Source of the DNA: Gammaproteobacteria bacterium
GTDB lineage: Bacteria > Pseudomonadota > Gammaproteobacteria > UBA4575
DNA: 64,000 nucleotides
NCBI GenBank assembly: GCA_965221955.1
Contig: CBDCTA010000022.1
Location: 288,001-352,000 of the forward strand
Direction: 5' to 3'
The number at the start of each line of letters is the position of its first letter. Within the stretch, counting starts at the first letter, position 1. The notes under the pieces are model-generated. The model was given only the letters and a program-made list of their open reading frames with translations. It did not search any database and was not told the DNA's origin. A program made the position numbers and the translations under genes. This document shows, piece by piece, positions 1 through 12,994 of this stretch.

Positions 1-147
1 CTAGTGAAAGAAAGATGCAAGATTGAGATATCAATAAATTTTCATTGTCCTGGCCCTTATGATAATAAGGTTTAGAAGATACTCCTCCCCCTAACTCCCT
101 CTTATCCTTCTTAGCCAGGACAGTGTTTTTTCAATGCTAAGTATGAC

Positions 148-732
148 TTAATGAATAATATCTAAGAACTCTAAAATCTCATGCGCAGTCGCACGGTCGC
201 CATGGTTATCACTCACTTTAGCGTACTGAATATAGCCATCATGATCGATAACAAAAGCAGCTGGATATGCAGTTTCTTTTGGATTATCCCAACGAAGGTT
301 TAATTGATTAGTGATTTTAAAATCTTGATCAAGAAGAAATATAAAATTGCTGGGTAAATCTACTTCTTTTTCTAGTGGAGCAGTGAATTCTTTTGCTCGT
401 TTTTGCAAATTATTTACCTTGCCAGGATAAATAAAAACTACCGGTGTATTTCTTTGTTTTTCAAACTCTTCTGCTTTAGCAATATAACCTGCAACTTGAG
501 TGGAACAAACTGGGCATTGTGCATCTGGAAAACCTCGCAACATCACCAATACAACAGAACCTTTTTCTACATGTTTTGAAAGATGGAAGTCTGCACCATT
601 TATGGTTGTGCCTTCAATCTCGCCAATTTTACTGCCTTCTTTAGGACCGATATTTATTTTCTCAGCAAATATAGAATGAGAAAAAAGTAAAAAACATATA
701 TAAAAGAAAAATACGATTTTTATAGATTTCAT
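148..732 (-). CDS. Exported peroxiredoxin-like (AhpC/TSA, thioredoxin-fold) protein
   Basis: CPVC motif after VVLVMLRG and a C-terminal YPAAFVID.DG.I segment typical of redoxins. The hydrophobic signal peptide starts at MKSIK (732); the ORF is open from 774. Confidence 0.75.
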   Translation of the reverse strand: MKSIKIVFFFYICFLLFSHSIFAEKINIGPKEGSKIGEIEGTTINGADFHLSKHVEKGSVVLVMLRGFPDAQCPVCSTQVAGYIAKAEEFEKQRNTPVVFIYPGKVNNLQKRAKEFTAPLEKEVDLPSNFIFLLDQDFKITNQLNLRWDNPKETAYPAAFVIDHDGYIQYAKVSDNHGDRATAHEILEFLDIIH

Positions 733-816
733 ATCTATTCCTGATGTGAAATTCGTGTCTTGCTTAGTATTCATTTCAGCAACAAAGTTCCTATCATTTA
801 CTCAAATTGATAACGG

Positions 817-1407
817 TTATGCTTTATCAATAGTCATTTTACGTAATGTCCGATCTTTTTTTATAAAATGATGATACAGCGCTGCGAGAATATGTCCTGC
901 AATCAATAAAAGTACAATGAGTTCTCCGCCTAACTCCTTATGTATGTAGTCAATCGGTTCTTCAAATTCCTTAAAACTTATGTTTAAACCATTTGTGACT
1001 ATAGTCGAAAAAACTTGAGTGTTTTCAAATTTAGTAATGTCAAAAAGAAAAAAGTATTCGGTATTCACACCTGTGCCAATATATCCCGTTAAAGGCATCA
1101 CTATCATCATCGCATAAAGCGCATAGTGTCCTAATTTTGCTGCGAGATGTGCCACTCTGGAGCCTGGCTCTTCATCTGGGACACGATTCATTAAACGCCA
1201 AATGATACGTAGTAAAACTAGCACAGCTATAGTGATACCAACCGAAAGATGTAGCTGTAAAGCTGTCCAGTTTTCAGGGGTATCTTTTACTGTAAACCAA
1301 TGGCGATATTTTACGGTGACATAAGAACACAAAAATAGTGCCGCAATGCTCCAGTGAAGCCATTTGGCAATCGAGCCATATGCGAATTGAGAATTTTTAA
1401 GCGCCAT
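817..1407 (-). CDS. Cytochrome b561 family (YceJ/CybB-like) di-heme membrane protein
   Basis: YG.IAKWLHW, LHLSVG, GHYALY...MPLTGY and HILAALYHHF..KD.TL.KM motifs; four TM segments with His ligands. Confidence 0.9.
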   Translation of the reverse strand: MALKNSQFAYGSIAKWLHWSIAALFLCSYVTVKYRHWFTVKDTPENWTALQLHLSVGITIAVLVLLRIIWRLMNRVPDEEPGSRVAHLAAKLGHYALYAMMIVMPLTGYIGTGVNTEYFFLFDITKFENTQVFSTIVTNGLNISFKEFEEPIDYIHKELGGELIVLLLIAGHILAALYHHFIKKDRTLRKMTIDKA

Positions 1408-1467
1408 TTATTAATTATAGAACGCTAAAGGTTCTGATAATACTTACTGTTTTATTACAAGCGTGAA

Positions 1468-3297
1468 TTATTCGACTGTAACCGATTTAGCTAGATTGCG
1501 GGGCTGATCCACATCGGTACCTTTTAGAATAGCGACGTGATAGGAAAGAATTTGTAGTGGTATGGTAAAGATAATCGGTGCTACAGCATTATCCGGTGCA
1601 TCCACTTCAATTACGATAGTGTCGGGTTCCGAAACAAATCCTGAACTGGCATCTGCAAATACATGTAGCACACCGCCACGTGCACGCACCTCTTCTAAGT
1701 TGGATTTTAGTTTTTCCAGCAACTCATCATTAGGTGCAACAGTGATGACTGGAATTTTATCATCCACTAATGCAATAGGGCCGTGCTTGAGCTCGCCTGC
1801 AGGATAGGCTTCAGCATGAATGTATGAAATTTCTTTTAATTTTAATGCTCCTTCCATAGCAACTGGATGGTGAATACCGCGCCCTAAGAACAGTGCGTGG
1901 TTTTTATCGCCATAATGTTTAGCCAGTTTTTTAATAGTAGGGTCAAGCTCCAATACTTTATTGATGCGTGTGGGCAAATTTAACAACTGTTCAACTACAA
2001 TTTTTTCCAATTCGTCATGCATACCATGACGACGGCCTGCTGTGATCACCAGTAATAACAACGCCACTAACTGGGTAGTAAACGCTTTAGTCGATGCCAC
2101 ACCAATTTCAGGGCCGGCGTGTGTCATCAAAACAAGATCAGACTCCCTAACCAATGAACTTTCTGGCACATTACAAATTACCAGTGATCCTACATAGTCT
2201 TCTTGTTTTGCTTGTTGTAATGCCGCAAGCGTATCAGCGGTTTCACCTGACTGAGATATCGTTACAAATAAGGTTCCCGGTTGTACAACATGTTTACGAT
2301 AACGAAACTCACTGGCCACATCTACAAAACAAGGAATACCGGCGAGCTCTTCAAACCAAAACTTTGCAATTAAGCCTGCGTGGTAGCTCGTGCCACATGC
2401 AATAATTTGAATGACTTTCGTTTGATCTAAAATTTCTTTTGCTTGTGGGCCTAAAATTTGTTCCGCCACGCGGCCATTAATGAGCCTACCCTCTAAAGTG
2501 TCAGATACCGCTTGCGGTTGCTCATAAATTTCTTTAAGCATGAAATGTGGGTAACCGCCTTTCTCCGCGGCATCCGCTGATAATTTACTTTTAGTGACAG
2601 GCCGTTCGGCCTTTGCGCCATTATCATCAAATATAGTAATTGCATTACGGCTTATTTCTGCGATGTCACCATTCTCTAAAAAAATAAAATCTTGAGTTTC
2701 TTTTAATAATGCTTGCACATCTGAAGCGATAAAGTTTTCTTTTTCACCAATACCAATCACTAACGGGCTACCGTGTCTAGCTGCAATTAGTTTTTCAGGA
2801 TCATTTTTATCGATCACTCCCAATGCATATGCACCTTTAATATCGTTTAAAGTTCTTTGTACCGACTCGAACAAGTTTGAGCCTTTATCAAGATAAAAAA
2901 CAATTTGATGCGCGATGACTTCAGTATCTGTATCCGAAGTAAAACTAAAGCCATGCTCAATTTGTTGTTTCTTAAGTTCCTCAAAATTTTCAATAATGCC
3001 ATTGTGAACAATAGCTACTTTGTTATTACATATATGAGGGTGTGCATTGTTTTCTGCTGGTGCGCCATGTGTGGCCCAGCGAGTATGCGCAATACCAAGT
3101 TGTCCGATAAGAGCAGATTCATCTAATGCCAAACCAAGCTCGTTGACTTTGCCAGTTTTACGAATGCGTTTTAATTCTCCATCGGTAAGCACAGCCATGC
3201 CTGCCGAATCATAGCCACGGTACTCAAGACGACGTAAGCCCTCTAATAAAACTGGAGAGACATCTCTATTTGCGATTGCACCAACTATTCCGCACAT
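1468..3297 (-). CDS. glmS: Glutamine--fructose-6-phosphate aminotransferase
   Basis: MCGIVG N-terminus, HTRWATHG, C-terminal PRNLAKSVTVE. Confidence 0.99.
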   Translation of the reverse strand: MCGIVGAIANRDVSPVLLEGLRRLEYRGYDSAGMAVLTDGELKRIRKTGKVNELGLALDESALIGQLGIAHTRWATHGAPAENNAHPHICNNKVAIVHNGIIENFEELKKQQIEHGFSFTSDTDTEVIAHQIVFYLDKGSNLFESVQRTLNDIKGAYALGVIDKNDPEKLIAARHGSPLVIGIGEKENFIASDVQALLKETQDFIFLENGDIAEISRNAITIFDDNGAKAERPVTKSKLSADAAEKGGYPHFMLKEIYEQPQAVSDTLEGRLINGRVAEQILGPQAKEILDQTKVIQIIACGTSYHAGLIAKFWFEELAGIPCFVDVASEFRYRKHVVQPGTLFVTISQSGETADTLAALQQAKQEDYVGSLVICNVPESSLVRESDLVLMTHAGPEIGVASTKAFTTQLVALLLLVITAGRRHGMHDELEKIVVEQLLNLPTRINKVLELDPTIKKLAKHYGDKNHALFLGRGIHHPVAMEGALKLKEISYIHAEAYPAGELKHGPIALVDDKIPVITVAPNDELLEKLKSNLEEVRARGGVLHVFADASSGFVSEPDTIVIEVDAPDNAVAPIIFTIPLQILSYHVAILKGTDVDQPRNLAKSVTVE

Positions 3298-3314
3298 ATA
3301 TATTTGTTATTTCT

Positions 3315-4742
3315 TTACTTGTTAATTTTTTTCTGAGGACGCTGCCACCCATCCAGAGTGATTTGTTTGCTGCGCGCCAGAGTTAATTTATCTTTAGGGG
3401 CATCTTTGGTTATGGTTGATCCAGCTCCGATTGTTGCGCCATCCCCTACTGTTACAGGAGCAACAAATTGTGTATCGGAACCTACAAATACATTATCACC
3501 AATCGTAGTACGGTGTTTGTTAGCCCCGTCATAATTACAGGTAATAGTTCCAGCACCTATGTTTACGTCTTTACCCAGCTCACTATCGCCGATATAGCTT
3601 AAGTGATTAATTTTACTGCCTGTTTTGACCTTGGCTTTTTTGATTTCGACAAAATTACCAACCTTAACGTTCTCGGCTAACATTGTATCTGGTCGTATAC
3701 GCGCAAATGGACCAAGTTCACATTGCGAACCAATATTGGCGTTTTCAATATGACAGTTCGCATGAATTTTAGTGCCTGCTTTGATCTGCGAGTTAATAAT
3801 CACGGCATTAGCACCAATGCTTACCCCATCGCCTAGAGTATTGTTACCGACAAACACACCGTTTATATCAATTTCAACATCTTTACCCGTAGACAACTTT
3901 CCACGTACATCAATACGTGAGGGGTCAATGAGTGTGACGCCATTTTCCATGAGCTGCTCAGCAATGCGAGTTTGAAAAATTCGCTCAACTTGAGCCAGGT
4001 GCTGTTTGTTATTTACGCCAAGAATCTCTTCTTCACTTTCACAAACGATTGCTTCTACTTTTTGACCTTGTTGTACTGCCAAAGCTATACAGTCTGTTAA
4101 ATAATATTCTTGTTGCGCATTATTGTTATTAACTTTTGCCAACCAAGCTTTTAGGTCACTTGCTTGAGCTGCAAGTATTCCTGAGTTAATTTCTTTAATA
4201 TGTAAAGTTGCAGAATCTGCATCTTTTTGCTCAACAATAGCTTGAACATTGTTTGCACTCTTTTCACTATTAGAATTTTTTTGTGCTTCACTCTGTGAAT
4301 AGGTTTCATTTGAATTTTTACGAACAATTCGGCCATAGCCTGTAGGGTCTTCTAAAATAGCTGACAACAGTACTAGCTGTTTATTCGATAAGCCGCTAAC
4401 TAGCTGTTGTAAAGTTTCTGTTTTTAATAAAGGTACATCACCATACAAAATCAAAACGTTTTGCGTATCATCGATGTTAGGTAAGGCTTGTTGTACGGCA
4501 TGCCCGGTACCAAGTTGTTCGCTCTGCATACACCAATTTACTTTTTCATTTGCAAGTGTAGCTTCAATAAGTTCAGCGCCATGTCCAATAACCACATGAA
4601 TCGCATCAGGAGATAACTCATTTGCACAATCTACAACGTGCGCCAACATAGGTTTGCCAGCAACTTTATGCAGTACCTTTGGCAAGTCGCTATTCATGCG
4701 TGTACCTTTGCCTGCTGCAAGGATAATGATCTCAAGTCCCAT
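3315..4742 (-). CDS. glmU: Bifunctional UDP-GlcNAc pyrophosphorylase / glucosamine-1-P acetyltransferase
   Basis: LAAGKGTRM, EQLGTGHAV, hexapeptide repeats, NYDGANKH; adjacent to glmS. Confidence 0.99.
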   Translation of the reverse strand: MGLEIIILAAGKGTRMNSDLPKVLHKVAGKPMLAHVVDCANELSPDAIHVVIGHGAELIEATLANEKVNWCMQSEQLGTGHAVQQALPNIDDTQNVLILYGDVPLLKTETLQQLVSGLSNKQLVLLSAILEDPTGYGRIVRKNSNETYSQSEAQKNSNSEKSANNVQAIVEQKDADSATLHIKEINSGILAAQASDLKAWLAKVNNNNAQQEYYLTDCIALAVQQGQKVEAIVCESEEEILGVNNKQHLAQVERIFQTRIAEQLMENGVTLIDPSRIDVRGKLSTGKDVEIDINGVFVGNNTLGDGVSIGANAVIINSQIKAGTKIHANCHIENANIGSQCELGPFARIRPDTMLAENVKVGNFVEIKKAKVKTGSKINHLSYIGDSELGKDVNIGAGTITCNYDGANKHRTTIGDNVFVGSDTQFVAPVTVGDGATIGAGSTITKDAPKDKLTLARSKQITLDGWQRPQKKINK

Positions 4743-4856
4743 AATTACGTTGAATATTTTCTTCGATTATTTTTTTATAGCTACACGATACAGAATATGA
4801 TTACAGTTTATGCCAACGTAGCCTATAAAAGAAAAGCATAATTTGAATAGGAGGGG

Positions 4857-4882
4857 AAAACAGCAGATAGATACCACTGCTG
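4857..4882 (-). terminator. Probable intrinsic terminator of the atp operon
   Basis: Minus strand reads CAGCAG-10 nt-CTGCTG followed by TTTT, about 55 nt after the atpC stop. Confidence 0.5.
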
Positions 4883-4936
4883 GGGGCTTAAAAGCTTGTT
4901 TTACTAGGGAATTTTCTAAAAATTTTATTAGATAAC

Positions 4937-5359
4937 TTATTTACGTATCTTGCGCATGCGTTCAATCATACGCAATTGTTCCGCAGCACGAACCAATTCA
5001 ATTTGCGCTTTCGCAGCATCAAAATCACTTGCCTTGTCTTTCATTGCTTCTTCAGCTCGTTGCTTGGCTTCTAGTGCTTTGGCTTCATCTAGATCTTCAG
5101 CACGAATCGCTGTATCGGAAAGTACCGTCACTACATGCGGCTGCACCTCTAAAATGCCTCCAGAAACATATAGATATTGATCTTCCTTGCCTTCAATTTC
5201 GATCTTCAATTCGCCTGGACGTAGTCCAGTTACCAGTGGAGTGTGGCGTGGGTAGATGCCTACATCACCCATTTGTGCCGGTGCAAACACAGCACTAATG
5301 GTGCCAGAGAAAAGCTCTTTCTCAGCACTCACCACATCGAGATGCATGGTCATTGCCAT
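4937..5359 (-). CDS. atpC: ATP synthase F1 epsilon subunit
   Basis: [30 protein letters not shown]; operon position. Confidence 0.98.
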   Translation of the reverse strand: MAMTMHLDVVSAEKELFSGTISAVFAPAQMGDVGIYPRHTPLVTGLRPGELKIEIEGKEDQYLYVSGGILEVQPHVVTVLSDTAIRAEDLDEAKALEAKQRAEEAMKDKASDFDAAKAQIELVRAAEQLRMIERMRKIRK

Positions 5360-5361
5360 GT

Positions 5362-6745
<1,384 letters not shown>

Positions 6746-6781
6746 TTATCCTCTTAACTATATAATATTTAAAATAAACTA

Positions 6782-7645
6782 TTAAACTGCAGCGGCACCG
6801 CCAACAATTTCTGAAATTTCTTGTGTGATCGCAGCTTGGCGTGCTTTGTTATAAGCAAGCTGCAATTCTGAAATAAGATCGCCTGCATTATCTGATGCAC
6901 TTTTCATTGCAATCATTCTAGCTGCCATTTCACAAGCCACATTTTCAACTACGGCTTGGTATACGATCGATTCTGCATAACGTGTTAGCAAACCGTCTAA
7001 CACTTCTTTTGCATCGGGTTCGTAAATGTAATCCCAGTGATGCTTTAATTCGTCATTGTCTTCAGGTTCTAAAGGCAGCAATGCTGAAACTTTTGGTTTT
7101 TGCGTCATGGTATTCACAAATTCATTTTCAACTAGAAATACTCGATCTACTTTGCCTTCTGTATACGCATCCAGCATAGTTTTAACTGTTCCAATCAGTT
7201 CGCTTAAATGCACCTCATCACCTAAATGCGAAACTTGAGAAATCACATTTGTAGCGAACTTTTTGAAAAACTGCGTGCCTTTCGCACCAATTAGACAAAA
7301 ATCAATTTCTACATTTTTTTCTTGCCACTGCTGCATGTCTTTTAATGCAGCTTTGAACGCATTAATGTTTAAACCACCACACAAACCACGGTCACTGGAA
7401 ACGATGATATAACCCACACGTTTCACTTCTTCGCGTGGCAATAAAAATGGATGACTATACTCAGTATTCGCATTTGCTAAATGTCCGATTACATTTAACA
7501 TTTTTCTAGAATACGGTCGCGTAGCACTCATGCGGTCTTGCGCTTTACGCATCTTGCTTGCCGCCACCATTTCCATTGCTTTGGTGATCTTTTGAGTATT
7601 TTTAATACTCGCGATCTGCGTGCGTATTTCTTTCTCGTTTGCCAT
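6782..7645 (-). CDS. atpG: ATP synthase F1 gamma subunit
   Basis: [32 protein letters not shown]. Confidence 0.99.
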   Translation of the reverse strand: MANEKEIRTQIASIKNTQKITKAMEMVAASKMRKAQDRMSATRPYSRKMLNVIGHLANANTEYSHPFLLPREEVKRVGYIIVSSDRGLCGGLNINAFKAALKDMQQWQEKNVEIDFCLIGAKGTQFFKKFATNVISQVSHLGDEVHLSELIGTVKTMLDAYTEGKVDRVFLVENEFVNTMTQKPKVSALLPLEPEDNDELKHHWDYIYEPDAKEVLDGLLTRYAESIVYQAVVENVACEMAARMIAMKSASDNAGDLISELQLAYNKARQAAITQEISEIVGGAAAV

Positions 7646-7672
7646 TTATGTTTTGTTTATATATATCAGGTT

Positions 7673-9214
7673 CTACCAGGTTCCCTTGGCTTTAAAATCT
7701 TCAACCGCTTTGGCTAAACCGGCTTCAATGTCATCATTGAAGTCGCCTGTATTGTTGATGTTATCGAGCAAGTCTTTATGTTGTGAACGCATAAAGTCAT
7801 GCATAGCGTGCTCAAAATCTACCACTTTGTTAACTTCAACATCATCGACATAACCTTTGTCTACCGCAAATAGCGACACCGCCATTTCGGCAATGGTTAA
7901 TGGTGAATACTGCAGCTGTTTCATCAATTCCATTACACGCTCACCACGTTCTAATTGTTTACGTGTTTGCTCATCAAGATCAGAAGCAAACTGTGAGAAT
8001 GCGGCAAGTTCGCGATATTGCGCAAGCGCTAAACGTACACCGCCACCTAACTTTTTAATAATCTTGGTTTGCGCCGCACCACCTACACGTGAAACGGACA
8101 AGCCCGCGTTAATCGCTGGACGGAAACCTGAGTTGAACAAATCACTTTCTAAGAAAATTTGTCCGTCAGTAATTGAAATTACGTTGGTCGGTACGAATGC
8201 AGATACGTCACCAGCTTGTGTTTCAATAATCGGAAGTGCAGTAAGCGATCCCGTTTGGCCCTTGACTTCACCGTTGGTAAACTGCTCTACATAATCAGCA
8301 TTCACACGTGATGCTCGCTCTAATAAACGAGAGTGTAAGTAGAAAACATCACCCGGATAAGCTTCACGACCTGGCGGACGTCTTAATAACAAAGAAACTT
8401 GGCGATACGCCCAAGCCTGTTTAGTTAAGTCATCATAAATAATGAGTGCGTCTTCACCACGATCACGGAAATACTCACCCATGGAACAACCTGAATACGG
8501 TGCGATGTATTGCATAGCCGCTGATTCAGAAGCACTCGCCGATACGATAATGGTGTGCTCCATTGCATTGTGTTCTTCTAACTTACGCACAACGTTGGCA
8601 ACCGATGAGTTCTTTTGCCCAATCGCAACGTAGATACACTTTATGCCGGTACCTTTTTGGTTAATGATGGCATCGATCGCAACCGCAGTTTTACCCGTTT
8701 GACGATCACCAATAATCAATTCGCGTTGACCGCGACCGATTGGTACCATGGAATCAATCGACTTCAAACCAGTCTGCACAGGCTGATCGACTGATTGACG
8801 TTCAATTACACCCGGTGCAATTTTTTCAATCGGTGATGATAGAGAGGTATTAACAGGGCCTTTACCATCGATGGGCTCACCCAATGAATTCACAACCCGG
8901 CCCAACATTTCAGTACCCACAGGTACTTCAAGAATACGCCCGGTACAAGAAACTTTATCGCCTTCAACGATGTGTTTGTAATCGCCCAGTACTACCGCAC
9001 CAACGGAGTCACGCTCAAGGTTAAGCGCCATACCAAATGTGTTTTGTGGAAACTCCAACATTTCGCCCGCCATCACGTCGGCTAAACCATGAACACGCAC
9101 AATACCGTCGGTTACACCGACTACCGTGCCTTCAGTGCGAGCTTCTGCAACCGCATCAAAGTTTTCAATGCGGCTTTTTATGAGTTCACTAATTTCTGTT
9201 GGGTTAAGTTGCAT
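7673..9214 (-). CDS. atpA: ATP synthase F1 alpha subunit
   Basis: GDRQTGKT and [21 protein letters not shown]. Confidence 0.99.
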   Translation of the reverse strand: MQLNPTEISELIKSRIENFDAVAEARTEGTVVGVTDGIVRVHGLADVMAGEMLEFPQNTFGMALNLERDSVGAVVLGDYKHIVEGDKVSCTGRILEVPVGTEMLGRVVNSLGEPIDGKGPVNTSLSSPIEKIAPGVIERQSVDQPVQTGLKSIDSMVPIGRGQRELIIGDRQTGKTAVAIDAIINQKGTGIKCIYVAIGQKNSSVANVVRKLEEHNAMEHTIIVSASASESAAMQYIAPYSGCSMGEYFRDRGEDALIIYDDLTKQAWAYRQVSLLLRRPPGREAYPGDVFYLHSRLLERASRVNADYVEQFTNGEVKGQTGSLTALPIIETQAGDVSAFVPTNVISITDGQIFLESDLFNSGFRPAINAGLSVSRVGGAAQTKIIKKLGGGVRLALAQYRELAAFSQFASDLDEQTRKQLERGERVMELMKQLQYSPLTIAEMAVSLFAVDKGYVDDVEVNKVVDFEHAMHDFMRSQHKDLLDNINNTGDFNDDIEAGLAKAVEDFKAKGTW

Positions 9215-9263
9215 TTTCTATTCCTCTTTTGTACCCAAGTACTAAGTAAATATTTAAATCTTT

Positions 9264-9800
9264 TTAATTAACAAGTGTTGTTGAAAGCTTATCTAGTCGC
9301 CCACTTACAGATCCATCAATCACCATGTCACCAGCTCGAATAATAGCGCCACCAATTAAGCTAGCATCTACTTTAGATGTCAGGCGTACTTCTTTACCAA
9401 GACGGGTTTTTAATGATGCCGCTATTTTTGCAAGTTGGGCTTCGCTAACTTCTTGTGCAGAAATTACTTCAGCATCCACAGTGCCCTCGGCTTCGGCGCG
9501 GTAATGCTCATATAAAGCGGTAATTTCTGGAAGTAATTTAATTCGATCGTTCTCGGCTAATAACTTGATGAAATTCTTGCCTCGCTGGTCAATTTTATCT
9601 TCACACACTTTAATAAACATTTCTGCAGATTGGCCTTGTGACAATCTTGGGCTATCTAACACCGCAAGCATTGTCGGATCATTCGCTACTGCAGCCATAA
9701 ATCCCAACATGTCGGTCCATTTTTGCTGTTCGCCATGAGCGTTCGCAATATCAAATGCGGCTCTTGCGTAAGGTCGTGCGGCGGTAGTGAGTTCAGACAT
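9264..9800 (-). CDS. atpH: ATP synthase delta subunit
   Basis: ARPYARAAF and LIGGAIIRAGDMVIDGS. Confidence 0.98.
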   Translation of the reverse strand: MSELTTAARPYARAAFDIANAHGEQQKWTDMLGFMAAVANDPTMLAVLDSPRLSQGQSAEMFIKVCEDKIDQRGKNFIKLLAENDRIKLLPEITALYEHYRAEAEGTVDAEVISAQEVSEAQLAKIAASLKTRLGKEVRLTSKVDASLIGGAIIRAGDMVIDGSVSGRLDKLSTTLVN

Positions 9801-9810
9801 ATGTGTGCGT

Positions 9811-10281
9811 TTAAATTTGTGAAGCTAAATCATCGAGGATATCTTGATGTGAGCTAGCATTAATCTCTTTCTTTAGAATACGCTCAGCACCCGCTACTGC
9901 AATACTAGAAACTTGTGTGCGTAAGGTTTCTTTTGCACGGTTTACTTCTTTTTCTACCTCAGCCTGGGCGGCTTCTTTAATACGGTTACCTTCTTCAACC
10001 GCTACGGATTTTGCGTCTTCAACAATTTCATTCGCGCGCTTTTGTGCTTGGCCCAAAATGTCAGAAGCTTGCTGTTTTGCTTCAGCTAATTTCTTTTCCG
10101 CACCTTGTTCAGCAAGCTCTTGTTGCTTCATGCCACGCTCAGCTTCTGCTAAGCCATCTGCAATTTTCTTTTTGCGTTCATCAAGCATGGCTATTATCGG
10201 TGGCCACACAAACTTCATGCAAAAGAATACAAACAACACAAACGCAATCGTCTGTCCGAAAAGAGTGAGATTAATATTCAT
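9811..10281 (-). CDS. atpF: ATP synthase F0 subunit b
   Basis: [25 protein letters not shown] followed by a coiled coil. Confidence 0.98.
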   Translation of the reverse strand: MNINLTLFGQTIAFVLFVFFCMKFVWPPIIAMLDERKKKIADGLAEAERGMKQQELAEQGAEKKLAEAKQQASDILGQAQKRANEIVEDAKSVAVEEGNRIKEAAQAEVEKEVNRAKETLRTQVSSIAVAGAERILKKEINASSHQDILDDLASQI

Positions 10282-10320
10282 GCCTAAACTATCTCTGTTT
10301 TATATGAATGACTTAACGTT

Positions 10321-10581
<261 letters not shown>

Positions 10582-10604
10582 TTACAAAAACGTAAATTAA
10601 ATGA

Positions 10605-11477
<873 letters not shown>

Positions 11478-11879
11478 TTAATGAATTTGCTTAAGTGTTG
11501 GTTTACTAAAAGATTGTGTAATTAAAGGCACAGCCCACATGCACGAATGTGTAATCAAGTACGCTGCAAATAATGTAATTGGATGAACGTCCTTATAATT
11601 TATCAATACAATCGCAAACAGTGCGACAGCTAAACCCAGTTTTATAAACTCCGCTACATATACAGATCGAAGTAATGCTCCTGCTTCTGCAATTCTGCAT
11701 TTAAATAACTGGCGTGCAAAATACATGTTCGGCAATACACAAATTACTCCGCCCAAAAAAGCTGACAACGCAAGCTCAGGTTTTACGATAAATAAAATTA
11801 CTGCGATGCAAAAAGTGATTAACCATTGCCAAACCAGGATATGATTTATTTGCGTCGGTATTGTTAGTTTTTGAACCAA
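11478..11879 (-). CDS. atpI: ATP synthase protein I
   Basis: Hydrophobic 133 aa with SAFLGG...PN.YFA and E..K motifs; first gene of the atp operon. Confidence 0.85.
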   Translation of the reverse strand: MVQKLTIPTQINHILVWQWLITFCIAVILFIVKPELALSAFLGGVICVLPNMYFARQLFKCRIAEAGALLRSVYVAEFIKLGLAVALFAIVLINYKDVHPITLFAAYLITHSCMWAVPLITQSFSKPTLKQIH

Positions 11880-12065
11880 TTTTATATATTATTTGTTGTT
11901 CGGTTCTTAATTAATGTCTTGTTCAATCACTACGCTCAATTACTATCGAACCAAGACGCTACGCAATCCATATCATGCCTTGACAGAGCTGCGAAGTATA
12001 AATTTTAGACCGTGAAATCTCAATAGAAACTAATGCATACACCTTTCGGCTTAGTACAAAATTAA

Positions 12066-12971
12066 CTACTTTGATTCACCCATTAATTTATTGACGATTC
12101 CCTCAAATTCATCGAGGTTAGTATATCTAATCTGCATACGTCCAGTGCCATTCTGACTATGCTGAATGGATACGCTTGCACCTAAACGATCCGATAACTT
12201 GTGTTCCATGCGTGATACGTCAGGATCTTGATGGCTAACGCTACTGCTTTTCTTTTTATTGCCGCCTTGCAGAAATTGTTTCACCAGCGCTTCTGCACCT
12301 CGAACCGAAAGCTGGCGTTGCACGATAGCTTGCGCACATTGGATTTGTTGATTTTCTTTAAGTGCCAGCAAGGCACGGGCATGACCCATTTCCAACTCGC
12401 TTTGGTTAAGCATATCTTTAACCGGTTCGGCTAGTTCTAATAAACGTAGACTGTTACTCACCGCTGAACGCGAACGCGACACGACTTCGCCAATTTCTTG
12501 ATGGGTAAGGCCAAATTTATCGATCAAATTAGCAAACGCTTGTGCTTCCTCTAATGGATTGAGGTCTTCACGCTGTAAATTTTCGATGATCGCGATCGCA
12601 GCTGCTTCTTGATCATTAACACTTTTTATTACAGCTGGAATTTCTTGTAAGCCTGCTTGTTGTGCTGCACGCCACCGACGTTCGCCTGCGATGAGTTCAT
12701 ATTCATCCGCGTTTTTTCGCACCACAATTGGCTGTACCACGCCTTGTTGGCGTATCGACTGCGCTAAAGCCTCGAGGGCTTCGGGCTCCATGATTTGCCT
12801 TGGTTGGTAAGGGCTTTGACGAATTAACTCGATGGGTAAATTTTGTAGCGATCGGTCGGAATTTGTTTGCGCTTCACTATTACTGATTGCACTTTCTGTT
12901 TTCGCTGCACTCAGTAAAACGTCTACTCCGAGTGAGCCTAAACCACGTTTTTTCTTAACCATACTCATCAC
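12066..12971 (-). CDS. parB: Chromosome partitioning protein ParB
   Basis: RGLG N-terminus, PYQPR, IAGERRWRAA, ENLQREDL, HTH. Confidence 0.98.
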   Translation of the reverse strand: MMSMVKKKRGLGSLGVDVLLSAAKTESAISNSEAQTNSDRSLQNLPIELIRQSPYQPRQIMEPEALEALAQSIRQQGVVQPIVVRKNADEYELIAGERRWRAAQQAGLQEIPAVIKSVNDQEAAAIAIIENLQREDLNPLEEAQAFANLIDKFGLTHQEIGEVVSRSRSAVSNSLRLLELAEPVKDMLNQSELEMGHARALLALKENQQIQCAQAIVQRQLSVRGAEALVKQFLQGGNKKKSSSVSHQDPDVSRMEHKLSDRLGASVSIQHSQNGTGRMQIRYTNLDEFEGIVNKLMGESK

Positions 12972-12994
12972 CTGAAGCTCTGATTAATTGATAT

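Noticed and set aside
1408-1467. Tn7-like element at attTn7 downstream of glmS
   Set aside because: The gap is only 60 bp, with no Tn7 end or repeated TnsB sites and no tns genes in the window.
7857-8294. Long antisense and alternative-frame ORFs (for example 7857-8294, 16633-17124, 38523-39071, 50681-51196)
   Set aside because: They are shadows of well-conserved genes and have no recognisable motifs.
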